From Bugula neritina (taxonomy: Eukaryota > Animalia > Bryozoa): DNA of 11,170 bases. The position numbers and the translations under genes were made by a program. Location: positions 1-11,170 of the forward strand of contig CAXIUT010000140.1 in NCBI GenBank assembly GCA_964035545.1. Direction: 5' to 3'. The notes below the pieces were generated by a model. It saw nothing but the letters and a program-made list of their open reading frames with translations. It had not been told where the DNA came from and did not search any database. Below, in pieces: positions 8,016 through 11,170 of the stretch (position 1 is its first letter; the number at the start of each line of letters is the position of its first letter).

Positions 8016-9875
8016 TCAATTAGCTGACTTCTTACTCTATATATTACTTGCCATCTAATTCAACACTTCCTTCGTATACTCAAATCTACATACCATCAAT
8101 AATACCTCTTAATTAACTCCCGATTATCACTCTGCATTATCTCAGATAAACCATACTCATTCTTCTACTTGTACTTGTTCGTGTACAACAGCTGCTTGCT
8201 TATTGAATTTATCAACAACTCGCTCTGATCAATAAATATAACCTGAACTGATTTGTTATTCAACCTGAATATTACAGCATGCTTTGATCTGAACCATCTT
8301 CTCACATAGATCAATTTCTTTTAGTCGAAATCTCTACCTCGGTATGCTAGTTTGTTTTATCCTTCAGTTTGCAGGTATCCTTTGAAATGATTGAAAAGAC
8401 TCACCTTTTTCTTCAACTCAAAAGGATGGTCTTTAAACGGATACTTTTTGATGATATCTTCTTTATCTATCCTTTAGATATAGTAGAAAAACTATTAAGT
8501 GAAGGTAAGCATTTTAGTTGAGTCATTGAAGTATACTCCAATCATATTATTACTGAGAGCATATCCTATTCCATACTTAGAAGAATAATCTATCCATTTT
8601 TTAACTGTTATATTTGTATCATTCTAATATCCCATCTTTCTGGGTGTTTTTTCATAATTACTTTTGCAACTATCCTTTAACACTCTTTGACTTCTAGCAC
8701 GACCAATATCTTTATTTTGAGTGGTAGATCTATTGACAGAACTGGCTCTTTCAGTCGCTAAAAACTTATCCTGACTCTTCTGGCACATATCTCGACTAGT
8801 TCCCTGAATAAAATAACAAATACAAATTAATTATTGGTATATAGTTTACCATTATCGCTTCTAAATAAATATAAATGTACAACTATCGTTCATCTTTGTT
8901 GGCTGACATCGATCGCTGAGTAGTGAAAGATATCGATGGCTGTCTCACCAAATTCACTTCAGTAAAGAAATCAAAACTTTTTAGCTATCTTAGAGTAGGT
9001 CTCTTATGAGGATCTTTCTGTAAAATACTAGATACTAGATTCTTCAAACTAGTCGATGTATTCACTTGATCAGGAAACGAAAAAGAACATTATTTTATCT
9101 TTTTGTAGGTATCTTTGACCTATTTCGACTCGAATGGAGGTCTTCCATATACCAAAGTGAAGATAATAACTCCAAAACTCCAAATATCAACTTAATAACT
9201 ATGTCCTTTCGATTATAAAATTTAAGGAGCGATATAGTTAGGCGTCCCACAGATAGTTTTCTTTTTCTATCCATAAAAATCAATTTTAGTAGCCAATCCA
9301 AAATCACCCAACTTAACACACATATTATCACCTAAAAACATATTGCCCAACTTAAGATCTCGATGCACTATCTTCTGACCATGCAAATACTACAAAGCAT
9401 CCAATACCTGCAGCATGAAATACTTAGCTTCAGATTAACTAAATCGTCTCTTCCTCTTGATCATATCATTTAAAGTCTAAATAAATTATGAAATACCTTA
9501 TTAGTGCAAAGTTCAAGTACAATATAAACGTTGATGTTGTCTTAGAAATTATGTAAAAATTTAACCACGTTTTTATTATTGAGACTTTAATGAATTTTAA
9601 TCTCACTCATCAGCTAAATATTAGAAGAGATACCTTTTGTTTTGATCTTTGTTTTACTAGACTTGATTTTTGTATAATTTTAACAGCATAGATTTATTTA
9701 GTTTATTATGAAATAAGTTAATAGCATCGAGCAAATCCTCCCTTCCCCAAAAAATTACCCTTCCGGTATTTAGTAACAGTATTATTCTCGAAACAGTGAT
9801 CCTCAATCACAAATAGATTTTAATGTGCTGACTAAGATTATAAATACGATCGGGCTGAACAGCCTTGGAACTCAT
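8016..9875 (-). CDS. PLK: Polo-like serine/threonine kinase, 579 aa, 6 introns
   Basis: Kinase motifs [34 protein letters not shown](E), GHSY(E)VDIWS. Polo box 1 [29 protein letters not shown]; polo box 2 [25 protein letters not shown]. 20-nt introns at 9828-9847, 9614-9633, 9477-9496, 8861-8880, 8804-8823 and 8086-8105. Confidence 0.95.
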
Positions 9876-9936
9876 TCGACTAACGATATTATAATTTATA
9901 ATTAAAAAAATAAATCTTTAGAAATTATGATCATCA

Positions 9937-10884
9937 TCAAGAATAGATTGTATGCTTCTAGATGTTCTACTACATAGTACCATCAGAATAATATATCTGA
10001 GTATACTTCTCAGTCATCTTAGACCCCTCATCATGATACACCTTGATATTCTCCTTCTTCTCACTTATCTTCTTACCCTTGCGCTCACTCATCTGACCAG
10101 GATTCAAAACTGAACCCTTTGAAGGAATATTGCTCTATAACTCACTAAATATTCCATTATTCTTAGGCTCTCTATTATATTGATTTTTCACATTTTTTGA
10201 AATATCAGTCCTAACCATATCTTTTTCTGGTTTATAGGCACTTTTAGCCTGATTAAAACAACCAGAAGGAGAACTACTCGCCTGCGATCCCTAATTTAAA
10301 TTCGAATGAGCACCTCTGATTTGAAGTTTATTTTCTGTCAAATTAAAAACAGTGATAATTTTATCATTTTGAACTGCAGATTGACAACCTATATATCTAT
10401 ACAGAGGATTAAACAATGTTTTTCTGTGTCCCCTATCTTCCACTCCATCATCAATGATTAATCCTAGGATAGTCATTTCTGCATAGTTTCTTTTATCCAA
10501 ATAGAAATCAGCTCCAATGATTTAAGCCATGGCTCCTTGTCCTTTTTTACATACTTTCAAAATTCTATCACTAAATGAAGATTTGTCAGTGCCAATATGC
10601 CCAAAAAGATTATTCTTCGCAAGATCTGTCACATGATTTCTAGCTGAAGTATTCAATCCTTAATGCATTTAGAAAGCAGGTAATGTAGCTTGTTTTTGCA
10701 TAAAATGTTTAGCCTCTTTCCAAGCTTTAACTCCTTCATTAGTTTAGTATATCATGTCTTAATTGATAGGTATTTCTTTATCATTAACAAAGGTTTGTAG
10801 TTGTCTGTCGATAAGATTCACATAGTATGATGGAAGCTGACGTGCCAAATTGATATATTTAACCATTTAGACTTCTTCAGTCAT
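9937..10884 (-). CDS. CAP/SCP (cysteine-rich secretory protein-like) domain protein, 315 aa, intronless
   Basis: INLARQLP...TNEGVKAWKEA...GLNTSARNHVTDL...FGHIGTDKSSFSDRI...MA(E)IIG...LIIDDGVEDRGHRKTLFNPLYRYIG matches the protist/bacterial-type CAP domain. It has a low-complexity C-terminal extension and no obvious signal peptide. It ends TGA TGA TGA. Confidence 0.88.
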
Positions 10885-10972
10885 TATTCTATGATTAGAT
10901 TTTAGAATATTATACTAATCGATTCGAATATCAAAAAAAAAAGATTTTATAGAAAATTATATTATCATTAGA

Positions 10973-11170
10973 GGGGTTGGGGTTGGGGTTGGGGTTGGGG
11001 TTGGGGTTGGGGTTGGGGTTGGGGTTGGGGTTGGGGTTGGGGTTGGGGTTGGGTTGGGGTTGGGGTTGGGGTTGGGGTTGGGGGGGTTGGGGTTGGGGTT
11101 GGGGTTGGGGTTGGGGGTTGGGGTTGGGGTTGGGGTTGGGGTTGGGGTTGGGGTTGGGGTTGGGGTTGGG
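10973..11170 (+). repeat. Right telomere, (GGGGTT)n
   Basis: About 200 nt of G4T2 repeat running to the end of the window, with two longer G-runs (G7 near 11080, G5 near 11113). Confidence 0.98.

Larger units (their letters stand above)
515..9847. other. Set of 16 spliceosomal introns, each exactly 20 nt (span given is first to last)
   Basis: 515-534, 677-696, 1257-1276, 3051-3070, 4691-4710 (minus); 5376-5395, 5606-5625, 6211-6230, 7042-7061, 7650-7669 (plus); 8086-8105, 8804-8823, 8861-8880, 9477-9496, 9614-9633, 9828-9847 (minus). Each is GTA...YAG, and its removal restores the reading frame. Confidence 0.9.

Noticed and set aside
1016-9331. Supplied ORFs 1016-1201, 1307-1561, 2196-2450, 4403-4588, 6298-6531 and 9095-9331 as genes
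   Set aside because: They are antisense or off-frame shadows of longer genes that appear once TAA/TAG are read as Glu.
515-9847. The 20-nt inserts as unexcised IESs or introner-type mobile elements
   Set aside because: They have GT-AG ends oriented with each gene's strand, no consistent TA-bounded or inverted-repeat ends, and no shared internal sequence.
8016-9875. Pseudogene interpretation of the many in-frame TAA/TAG codons and frame jumps
   Set aside because: The apparent stops sit at conserved Glu sites, and every frame jump is explained by a consensus 20-nt GT-AG intron.
76-10884. Standard ciliate code (UAR=Gln, table 6) or a split code with TAA and TAG meaning different residues
   Set aside because: APE, KELGE and GHSYEVD require Glu for TAA. 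TAG aligns with Glu in GEKKK and swaps with TAA in the paralogs. A split code is disfavoured but not formally excluded given the few informative TAG sites.
10885-10968. Upstream in-frame ATG near 10968 extending the CAP gene
   Set aside because: It lies only a few nucleotides from the telomere, and the extension is T-run/AT-rich spacer-like sequence.
11071-11120. G7 and G5 variant telomere repeats as a degenerate telomerase product
   Set aside because: Two isolated homopolymer length changes are more simply explained as sequencing errors, and the left telomere is uniform.
1-11170. CRISPR arrays, transposases, rRNA/tRNA genes or a Tetrahymena-type chromosome breakage sequence
   Set aside because: I could not recognise any. 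The only tandem repeats are the telomeres, and the spacers are short and AT-rich.

Overview
This is a complete telomere-to-telomere ciliate macronuclear minichromosome or fragment, with (C4A2)n at 1-75 and (G4T2)n at 10973-11170. The supplied standard-code ORF track is misleading: in-frame TAA/TAG fall at conserved glutamate positions and only TGA terminates (UAR=Glu, the peritrich-type code, NCBI table 30). Read by hand in that code, the window holds 10 complete genes plus one telomere-truncated centrin. The complete genes encode RPL35A, a p24/TMED protein, a BPI/LBP-like secreted protein, two hypothetical proteins, a coiled-coil CxSC protein, a tandem pair of small signal-peptide paralogs, a polo-like kinase and a CAP/SCP protein. 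Spacers between genes are only 27-279 nt. The most striking signal is that all 16 inferred introns are exactly 20 nt with consensus GTA-N11-A-NN-YAG and an invariant A at -6, suggesting a fixed-length, ruler-like splicing system. Gene models are manual translations; no database searches or RNA data were used.
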